A stretch of 64,000 nucleotides of DNA from NCBI RefSeq assembly GCF_009914755.1, contig NC_060933.1. One strand, given 5' to 3'. The DNA comes from the human T2T-CHM13v2.0 reference genome, Homo sapiens. The notes beneath the pieces are model-generated. The model was given only the letters and a program-made list of their open reading frames with translations, searched no databases and had not been told where the DNA came from. Made by a program: the position numbers and the translations under genes. Below are positions 1-12,390 of this stretch, piece after piece (the first letter of the stretch is position 1; each line of letters begins with the position of its first letter).

Positions 1-100
1 GGAGTGGAAGGGAAAGGAAGGGAAAGGAATGGAATAGAATGGAATGGAATGGAATCAACGCGAGTGCATGGGAATGGAATGGAATGGAATGCAATGGAAT

Positions 101-115
101 GGAATCTTCCGGAAT
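101..115. promoter_or_regulatory. Perfect 3-unit heat-shock element motif (gGAAt cTTCc gGAAt); representative of 27 copies of this variant
   Basis: Direct match to the nGAAnnTTCnnGAAn HSF consensus. The motif match is certain, but function at this locus is untested. Confidence 0.5.
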
Positions 116-519
116 GGAATGGAATGGAATGGAATGGAATGGAATGGAATGGAATGGAATCAACCAGAGTGCAATGGAATGGAGTGGAATGGAATGGAAT
201 GGAATGGAACAACCCGAATGGAATGGAATGTAATGCAGAGTAAGGGAGTTGAATAGAATCAATCTGAATGTAATGGAATGGAATGCAACGGAATGGAATT
301 GAATGGAATGGAATGGAATGCAATGGAATGGAATCAACCCGAGTGCAATGGAATGGAGAGGAATGGAATGGAATGGAATGGAAACTACCCGAATGGAATG
401 GAATGTAATGGAGTGTAAGGGAATTGAATAGAATCAATCCGAATGTAATGGAATGGAATGGAACGGAATGGAATGGAATGGAATGGAATGGAATGGAATG
501 GAATGCAATGGAATGGAAT

Positions 520-705
520 CAACCCGAGTGCAATCGAATGGAATCGAATGGAATGGAATGCAATGGAATGGATTCAAATTGAATGGAATGGAAAGAATGG
601 AATCAACACGAGTGGAATGGCATGGATTGGAATGGAATGGAATGGAATCAACCCGAGTACAGGGGAATGGAATGGAATGGAATGCAATGGAATGGAATCA
701 TCCGT
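520..705 (+). repeat. Length-conserved ~180-bp cassette (CAACCCGAGTGCAATCG...CATCCGT), pHuR98-like; representative copy
   Basis: The CAACCCG-to-CATCC distance is 179 bp in all 13 copies starting at 520, 2238, 3086, 7854, 12471, 14453, 23999, 41144, 42281, 45072, 55060, 58782 and 59655. Confidence 0.85.
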
Positions 706-2576
706 AATGGAATGGAAAGGAATGGAATGGAATGGAATGGAATGGAATCAACTCGATTGCAATCGAATGGAATGGAATGCAATTAACCCGAATAGACTGG
801 AATGGAATGGAATGGAACGGAACGGAATGGAATGGAATGGAATGGAATGGAATGGAACGGAAAGGAAGGGAATGGAATGGAATAGAATGGAATGGAATGG
901 AATCAACGCGAGTGCAGGGGAATGGAATGGAATGGAATGCAATGGAATGGAATCTTCCGGAATGGAATGGAATGGAATGGAATGAAATGCAATGGATTCA
1001 ACTCGATTGCAAAGGAATGGAATAGAATGGAATGGAATAGAATGGAATTAATCCGAATAGAATGGAATGGAATGCAATGGAACGGAATGGAACGGAATGG
1101 AATGAAATGGAATAGAATGGAATTGTATGGAATGGAATGGAATGCTACGGAATAGAATGGAATGGAACGAATTGTAATGGAATGGAATTGAATGGAATGG
1201 AGTGGAATGGAATGGAATGGAATCAACGCGAGTGCAGGGGAATGTAATGGAAAGGAATGCAATGGAATGGAATCATCCGGAATGGATTGGAATGGAATGG
1301 AATGGAATGGAATCAACCCGAGTGCAATGGAATGGAATGGAATGGAATGGAACAAACAGAATGGAATGGAATGTAATGGAGAGTAAGGGAGTTGAATAGA
1401 ATCAATCCGAAAGTAATGGAATGGAATGCAACGGAATGGAATGGAATGGAATGGAATGGAATGCAATGGAATTGAATCAACACGAGTACAATGGAATGGA
1501 ATGGAATGGAATGGAATGGAATGGAATGATACGGAATAGAATGGAATGGAACGAAATGGAATCGAATGGAATGGAATGGAATGGAATGGAATGGAATGGA
1601 ATGGAATCAACCCGAGTGCAGGGGAATGGAATGGAATGGAATGCAATGGAATGGAATCATCCGGAATGGAATGGAATGGAATGGAATGCAAAGCAATGGA
1701 ATCAACTCGATTGCAATGGAATGGAATGGAATGGAAAGGAATACATTGGAATCAACCCGAGTGGAATGGAATGGAAAGGACTGGAATGGAGTGGAATGGA
1801 ATGGAATGGAATGGAATGGAATCAACTCGATTGGAATGGAATGGAATGGAATGGAATGGAATTAACCCGAATAGAATGGAATGGAATGGAATGGAACGGA
1901 ACGGAATGGAATGGAATGGAATGGAATGGAATGGAATGGAATGGAATGGAATCAACCCGACTGCAGGGGAATGGAATGGAATGGAAGGCAATGGAATGGA
2001 ATCATCCGGAATGGAATGGAATGGAATGCAATGGAATGGAATGGAATGGAATCAACCCGAGTGCAATGGAATGGAGTGAAATGGAATGGAATGGAATGGA
2101 CACAACCAGAATGGATTGGAATATAATGGAGTGTAAGGGAATTGAATAGAATCAATCTGAATGTAATGAAATGGAATGGAACGGAATGGAATGGAATGGA
2201 ATGGAATGGAATGGAATGGAATGCAATGGAATGGAATCAACCCGAGTGCAATCGAATGGAATCGAATGGAATGGAATGCAATGGAATGGATTCAAATTGA
2301 ATGGAATGGAAAGAATGGAATCAACACGAGTGGAATGGCATGGATTGGAATGGAATGGAATGGAATCAACCCGAGTATAGGGGAATGGAATGGAATGGAA
2401 TGCAATGGAATGGAATCATCCGTAATGGAATGGAAAGGAATGGAATGGAATGGAATGGAATGGAATGGAATCAACTCGATTGCAATCGAAAGGAATGGAA
2501 TGGAATTAACCCGAATAGAATGGAATGGAATGGAATGGAACGGAACGGAATGGAATGGAATGGAATGGAATGGAAT

Positions 2577-3545
2577 GGAGTGGAAGGGAAAGGAAGGGAA
2601 AGGAATGGAATAGAATGGAATGGAATGGAATCAACGCGAGTGCATGGGAATGGAATGGAATGGAATGCAATGGAATGGAATCTTCCGGAATGGAATGGAA
2701 TGGAATGGAATGGAATGGAATGGAATGGAATCAACCAGAGTGCAATGGAATGGAGTGGAATGGAATGGAATGGAATGGAACAACCCGAATGGAATGGAAT
2801 GTAATGCAGAGTAAGGGAGTTGAATAGAATCAATCTGAATGTAATGGAATGGAATGCAACGGAATGGAATTGAATGGAATGGAATGGAATGCAATGGAAT
2901 GGAATCAACCCGAGTGCAATGGAATGGAGAGGAATGGAATGGAATGGAATGGAAACTACCCGAATGGAATGGAATGTAATGGAGTGTAAGGGAATTGAAT
3001 AGAATCAATCCGAATGTAATGGAATGGAATGGAACGGAATGGAATGGAATGGAATGGAATGGAATGGAATGCAATGGAATGGAATCAACCCGAGTGCAAT
3101 CGAATGGAATCGAATGGAATGGAATGCAATGGAATGGATTCAACTTGAATGGAATGGAAAGAATGGAATCAACACGAGTGGAATGGCATGGATTGGAATG
3201 GAATGGAATGGAATCAACCCGAGTACAGGGGAATGGAATGGAATGGAATGCAATGGAATGGAATCATCCGTAATTGAATGGAAAGGAATGGAATGGAATG
3301 GAATGGAATGGAATCAACTCGATTGCAATCGAATGGAATGGAATGCAATTAACCCGAATAGACTGGAATGGAATGGAATGGAACGGAACGGAATGGAATG
3401 GAATGGAATGGAATGGAATGGAACGGAAAGGAAGGGAATGGAATGGAATAGAATGGAATGGAATGGAATCAACGCGAGTGCAGGGGAATGGAATGGAATG
3501 GAATGCAATGGAATGGAATCTTCCGGAATGGAATGGAATGGAATG
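2577..3545 (+). repeat. Near-identical duplicate of positions 1-~980 (offset ~2576)
   Basis: Shares the rare variants GGAGTGGAAGGGAAAGGAAGGGAAAGG, GTGCATGGG, CAACCAGAG, GCAGAGTAAGGG and GCAATTAACCCGAATAGACTGG with the window start. Confidence 0.85.
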
Positions 3546-4312
3546 GAATGGAATGGAATGGAATGGAATTGAATGGAATCAACCCGAGTGCAATGGAATG
3601 GAGTGGAATGGAATGGAATGGAACAACCCGAATGGAATGGAATGTAATGGAGAGTAAGGGAGTTGAATAGAATCAATTCGAATGTAATGGAATGGAATGG
3701 AACGGAATGGAATTGAATGGAATGGAATGGAATGCAATGGAATGGAATCAACCCGAGTGCAATGGAATGGAGAGGAATGGAATGGAATGCAATGGAAACT
3801 ACCCGAATGGAATGTAATGGGGTGTAAGGGAATTGAATAGAATCAATCCGAATGTAATGGAATGGAATGGAACGGAATGGAACGGAATGGAATGGAATGG
3901 AATGGAATGCAATGGAATGGAATCAACCCGAGTGCAATCAAATGGAATCGAATGGAATGGAATGCAATGGAATGGATTCAACTTGAATGGAATGGAAAGA
4001 ATGGAATCAACAGGAGTGGAATGGCATGGATTGGAATGGAATGGAATGGAATCAACCCGAGTACAGGGGAATGGAATGGAATGGAATGCAATGGAATGGA
4101 ATCAACCGTAATGGAATTGAAAGGAATGGAATGGAATGGAATGGAATGGAAAGGAATGGAATGGAATCAACTCGATTGCAATCGAATGGAATGGAATGGA
4201 ATTAACCCGAATAGAATGGAATGGAATGGAATGGAACGGAACGGAATGGAATGGAATGGAATGGAATGGAATGGAACGTAACGGAATGGAATGGAATGGA
4301 ATGGAATGGAAT

Positions 4313-5410
4313 CAACGCGAGTGCAGGGGAATGGAATGGAATGGAATGCAATGGAATGGAATCTTCCGGAATGGAATGAAATGGAATGGAATGGAATGAA
4401 ATGCAATGGATTCAACTCGATTGCAATGGAATGGAATAGAGTGGAATGGAATGGAATGGAATGGAATTAATCCGAATAGAATGGAACGGAATGCAATGGA
4501 ACGGAATGGAATGGAATGGAATGGAATGGAATTGTATGGAATGAAATGGAATGGTACGGAATAGAATGGAATGGAACGAATTGTAATGCAATGGAATGGA
4601 ATGGAATGGAATGGAATGGAATCTACGCGAGTCCAGGGGAATGTAATGGAAAGGAATGCAATGGAATGGAATCATCCGGAATGGAATGGAATGGAATGGA
4701 ATGGAATCAACCCGAGTGCAATGGAATGGAGTGGAATGGAATGGAATGGAATGGAATGGAACAACCAGAATGGAATGGAATGTAATGGAGAGTAAGGGAG
4801 TTGAATAGAATCAATCCGAATGTAATGGAATGGAATGCAACGGAATGGAATGGAATGGAATGGAATGGAATGCAATGGAATTGAATCAACCCGAGTACAA
4901 TGGAATGGAATGGAATGGAATGGAATGGAATGGAATGGAATGGAATGGAATGAAACGGAATAGAATGGAATGGAACGAAATGGAATGGAAAGGAATGGAA
5001 TGGAATGGAATGGAATGGAATGGAATCAACCCGAGTGCAGGGGAATGGAATGGAATGGAATGCAATGGAATGGAATCATCCGGAATGGAATGGAATGGAA
5101 TGGAATGCAAAGCAATGGAATCAACTCGATTGCAATGGAATGGAATGGAATGGAAAGGAATTCATTGGAATCAACCCGAGTGGAATGGAACGGAAAGGAC
5201 TGGAATGGAGTGGAATGGAATGGAATGGAATGGAATGGAATCAACTCGATTGGAATGGAATGGAATGGAATGGAATTAACCCGAATAGAATGGAATGGAA
5301 TGGAATGGAACGGAACAGAACGGAATGGAATGGAATGGAATGGAATGGAATGGAATGGAATGGAATCAACCCGACTGCAGGGGAATGGAATGGAATGGAA
5401 GGCAATGGAA
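4313..5410 (+). repeat. Diverged duplicate of ~904-1995 (offset ~3415)
   Basis: Same ordered markers: GAAATGCAATGGATTCAACTCG (~984/~4397), GCAAAGCAAT (1688/5107) and CCCGACTGCAGGGG...GAAGGCAAT (1956/5370). Confidence 0.75.
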
Positions 5411-8400
5411 TGGATTCAACTTGAATGGAATGGAAAGAATGGAATCAACACGAGTGGAATGGCATGGATTGGAATGGAATGGAATGGAATCAACCCGAGT
5501 ACAGGGGAATGGAATGGAATGGAATGCAATGGAATGGAATCATCCGTAATGGAATGGAAAGGAATGGAATGGAATGGAATGGAATGGAATGGAATGGAAT
5601 TGAATGGAATGGAATCAACTCGATTGCAATCGAATGGAATGGAATGGAATTAACCCGAATAGAATGGAATGGAATGGAATGGAACGGAACGGAACGGAAC
5701 GGAACGGAGTGGAATGGAATGGAATGGAATTGTATGGAATGGAATGGCATGGTACGGAATAGAATGGAATGGAAAGAATTAGAATGGAATGACATCGAAT
5801 GGAATGGAATGGAATGGAATGGAATCAACCCGAGTGCAATGGAATGGAGTGGAATGAAATGGAATGGAATGGAACAACCCGAATGGAATGGAATGTAATG
5901 GAGAGTAAGGGAGATGAATAGAATCAATCCGAATGTAATGGAATGGAATGCAACGGAATGGAAAGGAATGGAATGGAATGGAATTGAATGCAATGGAATG
6001 GAATCAACCCGAGTACAATGGAATGGAATGGAATGGAATGGAATGGAATGGAATAGAATGGAATGCCTTCAAATCGAATGGAATGGAAAGGAATGGAATC
6101 AACACGAGTGGAATGGAATGGAATGGAATGGAAAGGAATGGAATGGAATGGAATGATACGGAATAGAATGGAATGCAACGAAATGGAATAGAATGGAATG
6201 GAATGGAATGGAATGGAATGGAATGGAATGGAATCGTTCCGAGTGGAATAGGAGGGAATGTATTCGAGTGGAATGGAAAGGAATGGAATCAACCAGAGTG
6301 GAATGGAAGGGAATGGAATGGAATGGAAACTAATAGAATGGAATCAACCCGAGTGGAATGGAATGGAAAGGACTGGATTGGAAAGGAATGGAATGGAATG
6401 GAATGGAATGGAATGGAATGGAATGGAATGGAATCAACGCGAGTGCAGGAGAATGGAATGGAATCGAATGGAATGGAATGGAATGGAATGGAATAAACCC
6501 GAGTGCAGGGGAATGTAATGGAACGGAATGCAATGGAATGGAATCATCCGGAATGGAATGGAATGGAATGGAATGGAATCAACCCGAATGGAATGGAATG
6601 TAATGGAGAGTAAGGGAGTTGAAAAGAATCAATCCGAATGCAATGGAATGGAATGGAACGGAATGGAATGGAATGGAATGGAATGCAATGGAATGGAATC
6701 AACCCGAGTACAATGGAATGGAATGGAATGGAATGGAATGCAATGGAATGGAATCTTCCGGAATGGAATGGAATGGAATGGAATGGAATGGAATGCAATG
6801 GATTCAACTCGATTGCAATGGAATGGAATAGAATGGAATGGAATGGAATGGAATGGAATTAAACCGAATAGAATGGAATGGAATGGAATGGAACGGAACG
6901 GAACGGAACGGAACGGAGTGGAATGGAATGGAATGGAATTGTATGGAATGGAATGGAATGTTACGGAATAGAATGGAATGGAAAGAATTGGAATGGAATG
7001 GAATCGAATGCAATGGAGTGGAATGGAATGGAATCAACCCGAGTGCAGGGGAATGTAATGGAACGGAATGCAATGGAATGGAATCATCCGGAATGGAATG
7101 GAATGGAATTGAATGGAATGGAATGGAATGGAATCAACCCGAGTGCAATGGAATGGAGTGGAATGGAATGGAATGGAATGGAACAACGCGAATGGAATGG
7201 AATGTAATGGAGAGTTAGGGAGTTGAACAGAATCAATCCGAATGTAATGGAATGGAACGGAATGGAATGGAATGGAATGAAATGGAATGGAATGGAATGG
7301 AATGGAATGCAATGGAATGGAATCAACCCGAGTACAATGGAACGGAATGGAATGGAATGGAATGGCATGGAATGGAATGGAATGGAATGGAATGGAATGG
7401 AATGGAATCAACCCGAGAGCAATGGAATGGAGAGGAATGGAATGGAATGGAATGGAAACTACCCGAATGGAATGGAATGTAATGGAGTGTCAGGGAATTG
7501 AGTAGAATCAATCCGAATGGAATGGAATGGAATGGAACGGAATGTAATGGAATGGAATGGAATGGAATGGAATCAACACGAGTGCAGGGGAATGGAATGG
7601 AAAGGAATGCAATGGAATGGAATCATCCGGAATGGAATGGAATGGAATGCAATGGAATGGAATGGAATGGAATCAACCCGAGTGCAATGGAATGGAGTGA
7701 AATGGAATGGAATGGAATGGAAACAACCAGAATGGATTGGAATATAATGGAGTGTAAGGGAATTGAATAGAATCAATCTGAATGTAATGAAATGGAAAGG
7801 AACGGAATGGAATGGAATGGAATGGAATGGAATGGAATGCAATGGAATGGAATCAACCCGAGTGCAATCGAATGGAATCGAATGGAATGGAATGCAATGG
7901 AATGGATTCAACTTGAATGGAATGGAAAGAATGGAATCAACACGAGTGGAATGGCATGGATTGGAATGGAATGGAATGGAATCAACCCGAGTACAGGGGA
8001 ATGGAATGGAATGGAATGCAATGGAATGGAATCATCCGTAATGGAATGGAAAGGAATGGAATGGAATGGAATGGAATGGAATGGAATGGAATGGAATCAA
8101 CTCGACTGCAATCGAATGGAATGGAATGGAATTAACCCGAATAGAATGGAATGGAATGGAATGGAACGGAACGGAATGGAATGGAATGGAACGGAACGGA
8201 ACGGAATGGAATGGAATGGAATGGAATGGAATGGAATAAACGCGAGTGCAGGGGAATGGAATGGAATGGAATGCAATGGAATGGAATCTTCCGGAATGGA
8301 ATGGAATGGAATGGAATGGAATGAAATGCAATGGATTCAACTCGATTGCAATGGAATGGAATAGAATGGAATGGAATGGAATGGAATGGAATGGAATGGA

Positions 8401-11400
8401 ATTAACCCGAATAGAATGGAATGGAATGGAATGGAACGGAATGGAACGGAATGGAATGGAATGGAATGGAATGGAATGGTATGGAATGGAATGGAATGGT
8501 ACGGAATAGAATGGAATGGAACGAATTGTAATGGAATGGAATTGAATGGAATGGAATGGAATGGAATGGAATCAACGCGAGTGCAGGGGAATGTAATGGA
8601 ACGGAATGCAACGGAATGGAATCATCCGGAATGGAATGGAATGGAATGGAATGGAATGGAATCAACCCGAGTGCAATGGAATGGAGTGGAATGGAATGGA
8701 ATGGAAAAGAATGGAACAACCCGAATGGAATGGAATGTAATGGAGAGTAAGGGAGTTGAATAGAATCAATCCGAATGAAATGGAATTGAATGCAACGGAA
8801 TGGAATGGAATGGAATGGAATGGAATGCAATGGAATGGAATCAACCCGAGTACAATGAAACGGAATGGAATGGAATGGAATGGAATGGAATGGAATGGAA
8901 TGGAATGGAATGGAATGGAATGCCTTCAAACCGAATGGAATGGAAAGGAATGGAATCAACACGAGTGGAATGGAATGGAATGGAATGGAATGGAATGGAA
9001 TGATAAGGAATAGAATGGAATGGAACGAAATGGAATGGAATGGAATGGAATGGAATGGAACGGAATGGAATCGTTCCGAGTCTAATAGGAAGGAATGTAT
9101 TCGAGTGGAATGGAAAGGAATGGAATCAACCAGAGTGGAATGGAAGGGAATGGAATGGATTGGAAACTAATAGAATGGAATCAACCTGAGTGGAATGGAA
9201 TGGAAAGGACTGGAATGGAAAGGAATGGAATGGAATGGAATGGAATGGAATGGAATGGAATGGAATCAACGCGAGTGCAGGGGAATGGAATGCAATCGAA
9301 TGGAATAGAATGGAATGGAATGGAATCAACCCGAGTGCAGGGGAATGTAATGGAACGGAACGCAATGGAATGGAATCATCCGGAATGGAATGGAATGGAA
9401 TGGAATGGAATCAACCCGAGTGCAATGGAATGGAGTGGAATGGAATGGAATGGAATGGAACAACCCGAATGGAATGGAATGTAATGGAGAGTAAGGGAGT
9501 TGAATAGAATCAATCCGAATGTAATGTAATGGAATGGAACGGAATGGAATTGAATGGAATGGAATGGAATGCAATGGAATGGAATCAACCCGAGTGCAAT
9601 GGAATGGAGAGGAATGGAATGGAATGGAATGGAAACTACCCGAATGGAATGGAATGTAATGGAGTGTAAGGGAATTGAATAGAATCAATCCGAATGTAAT
9701 GGAATGGAATGGAACGGAATGGAATGGAATGGAATGGAATGGAATCGATTGGAATGCAATGGAATGGAATGAACCCGAATGCAATCGAATGGAATCGAAT
9801 GGAATGGAATGCAATGGAATGGATTCAACTTGAATGCAATGGAAAGAATGGAATCAACACGAGTGGAATGGCATGGATTGGAATGGAATGGAATGGAATC
9901 AACCCGAGTACAGGGGAATGGAATGGAATGGAATGCAATGGAATGGAATCATCCGTAATGGAATGGAAAGGAATGGAATGGAATGGAATGGAATGGAATG
10001 GAATGGAATGGAATGGAATCAACTCGATTGCAATCGAATGGAATGGAATGGAATTAACCCGAATAGAATGGAATGGAATGGAATGGAACGGAATGGAATG
10101 GAATGGAATGGAATGGAATGGAATGGAATGGAACGGAACGGAATGGAATGGAATGGAATGGAATGGAATGGAATCAATGCGACTGCAGGGGAATGGAATG
10201 GAATGGAATGCAATGGAATGGAATCTTCCGGAATGGAATGGAATGGAATGGAATGGAATGGAATGAAATGCAATGGATTCAAATAGATTGCAATGGAATG
10301 GAATAGAATGGAATGGAATGCAATGGAATGGAATTAATCCGAATAGAATGGAATGGAATGGAATGGAACGGAATGGAACGGAATGGAATGGAATGGAATG
10401 GAATGGAATGGTATGGAATGGAATGGAATGGTACGGAATAGAATGGAATGGAACGAATTGTAATGGAATGGAATTGAATGGAATGGAATGGAATGGAATG
10501 GAATCAACGCGAGTGCAGGGGAATGTAATGGAACGGAATGCAATGGAATGGAATCATCCGGAATGGAATGGAATGGAATGGAATGGAATGGAATGGAATC
10601 AACCCGAGTGCAATGGAATGGAGTGGAATGGAATGGAATGGAATGGAAGAATCCGAATGGAATGGAATGTAATGGAGAGTAAGGGAGTTGAAAAGAATCA
10701 ATCCGAATGTAATGGAATGGAACGGAATGGAATGGAATGGAATGGAATGGAATGGAATGGAATGGAATGGAATCAACCCGAGTACAATGGAATGGAATGG
10801 AATGGAATGGAATGGAATGGAATGGAATGGAATGATACGGAATAGAATGGAATGGAAAGAAATGGAATGGAATGGAATGGAATGGAATGGAATGGAATGG
10901 AATGGAATGGAATGGAGTCGTTCTGAGTGGAATAGGAGGGAATGTATTCGAGTGGAATGGAAAGGAATGGAATCAACCAGAGTGGAAAGGAAGGGAATGG
11001 AATGGAATGGAAACTAATAGAATGGAATCAACCCGAGTGGAATGGAATGGAAAGGACTGGAATGGAAAGGAATGGAATGGAATGGAATGGAATGGAATCA
11101 ACGCGAGTGCAGGGGAATGGAATGGAATCGAATGCAATGGAATGGAATGGAATGGAATCAACCCGAGTGCAGGGGAATGTAATGGAACGGAATGCAATGG
11201 AATGGAATCATCCGGAATGGAATGGAATGCAATGGAATGGAATCAACCCGAGTGCAATGGAATGGAGTGGAATGGAATGGAATGGAATGGAACAATCCGA
11301 ATGGAATGGAATGTAATGGAGAGTAAGGGAGTTCAAAAGAATCAATCCGAATGTAATGGAATGGAACGGAATGGAATGGAATGGAATGGAATGGAATGGA

Positions 11401-11907
11401 ATGGAATGGAATGGAATGGATTGCAATGGAATGGAATCAACCCGAGTACAATGGAATGGAATGGAATGGAATGGAATGGAATGGAATGATACGGAATAGA
11501 ATGGAATGGAACGAAATGGAATGGAATGGAATGGAATGGAATGGAATGGAATGGAATCGTTCCGAGTGTAATAGGAGGGAATGTATTCGAGTGGAATGGA
11601 AAGGAATGGAATCAACCAGAGTGGAATGGAAGGGAATGGAATGGAATGGAAACTAATAGAATGGAATCAACCCGAGTGGAATGGAATGGAAAGGACTGGA
11701 ATAGAATGGAATGGAATGGAATCAACTCGATTGTAATGGAATGGAATGGAATGGAATGGAAAGGATTGGAATCAAACCGAGTGGAATGGCAAGGAATGGA
11801 ATGGAATGGAATGGAATGGAATGGAATGGAATGGAATGGTTCGGAATAGAATGGATTGGAACAAAATGGAATGGAATGGAATGGAATGGAATGGAATGGA
11901 ATGGAAT

Positions 11908-12390
11908 CAAGTCGATTGCAATAGAATGGAATGGAATGGAATGGAACGGATTGGAATGGAATGGAATGGAATGGAATTAAATGGAATGGAATGGAATGGA
12001 ATCAACCAGAGTGCAGGGGAATGGAATGGAAAGGAATGCAATGGATTGGAATGGAATGGAATGGAATGGAATGGAATCAACGCGAGTGGAATGGCATGGA
12101 ATGGAATGCAATGGAATGGCATGGAATGGAATCAACTCGAGTGGAAAGGAATGGAATGGAATGGAATGGAATGGAATGAAATCAACTCGAGTGGAATGGA
12201 ATGGAATGGAATGGATTGGAATGGATTGCAATGGAATGAAATGGAATGGAATGGAATGGAATCAATCATTGCGAGTGAAATGGAAGGGAATGTAATGGAG
12301 TGGAAAGAAGGGAATGGAATCAACCCGAGTGGAATGCAAGGCAATGGAATGGAATGGAAAGGAATGGAATGGAATCAACTCGATTGCAAT
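11908..12390 (+). repeat. Two-copy ~0.5-kb atypical cassette, copy 1
   Basis: Contains CAAGTCGATT, AATTAAATGG, CAACTCGAGTGG x2, CAATCATTGCGAG, GGAAAGAAGGG and GCAAGGCAAT. This chain was seen only here and at 16530-17032. Confidence 0.8.

Larger units (their letters stand above)
56..903 (+). repeat. ~0.85-kb recurrent unit (CAACGCGAG to CAACGCGAG); further copies at 2632-3469, 3470-4312, 13999-14871, 58323-59195
   Basis: Same ordered chain in each copy: CAACGCGAGTGCAGGGG, CTTCCGG, ACAACCCG, GAGAGTAAGGGAGTTG, AAACTACCCG, GAGTGTAAGGGAATTG, GCAATCGAATGGAATCG, TTCAACTTG, CAACACGAG, CCCGAGTACAGGGG, CATCCGT, CTCGATTGCAATCG, TTAACCCG. Lengths are 848, 838, 843, 873 and 873 bp. Confidence 0.85.

Noticed and set aside
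661-665. G-quadruplex potential from AGGGG / TAAGGG tracts
   Set aside because: G-runs of three or more are isolated and usually more than 100 bp apart, so no canonical three-tier G4 motif is present.
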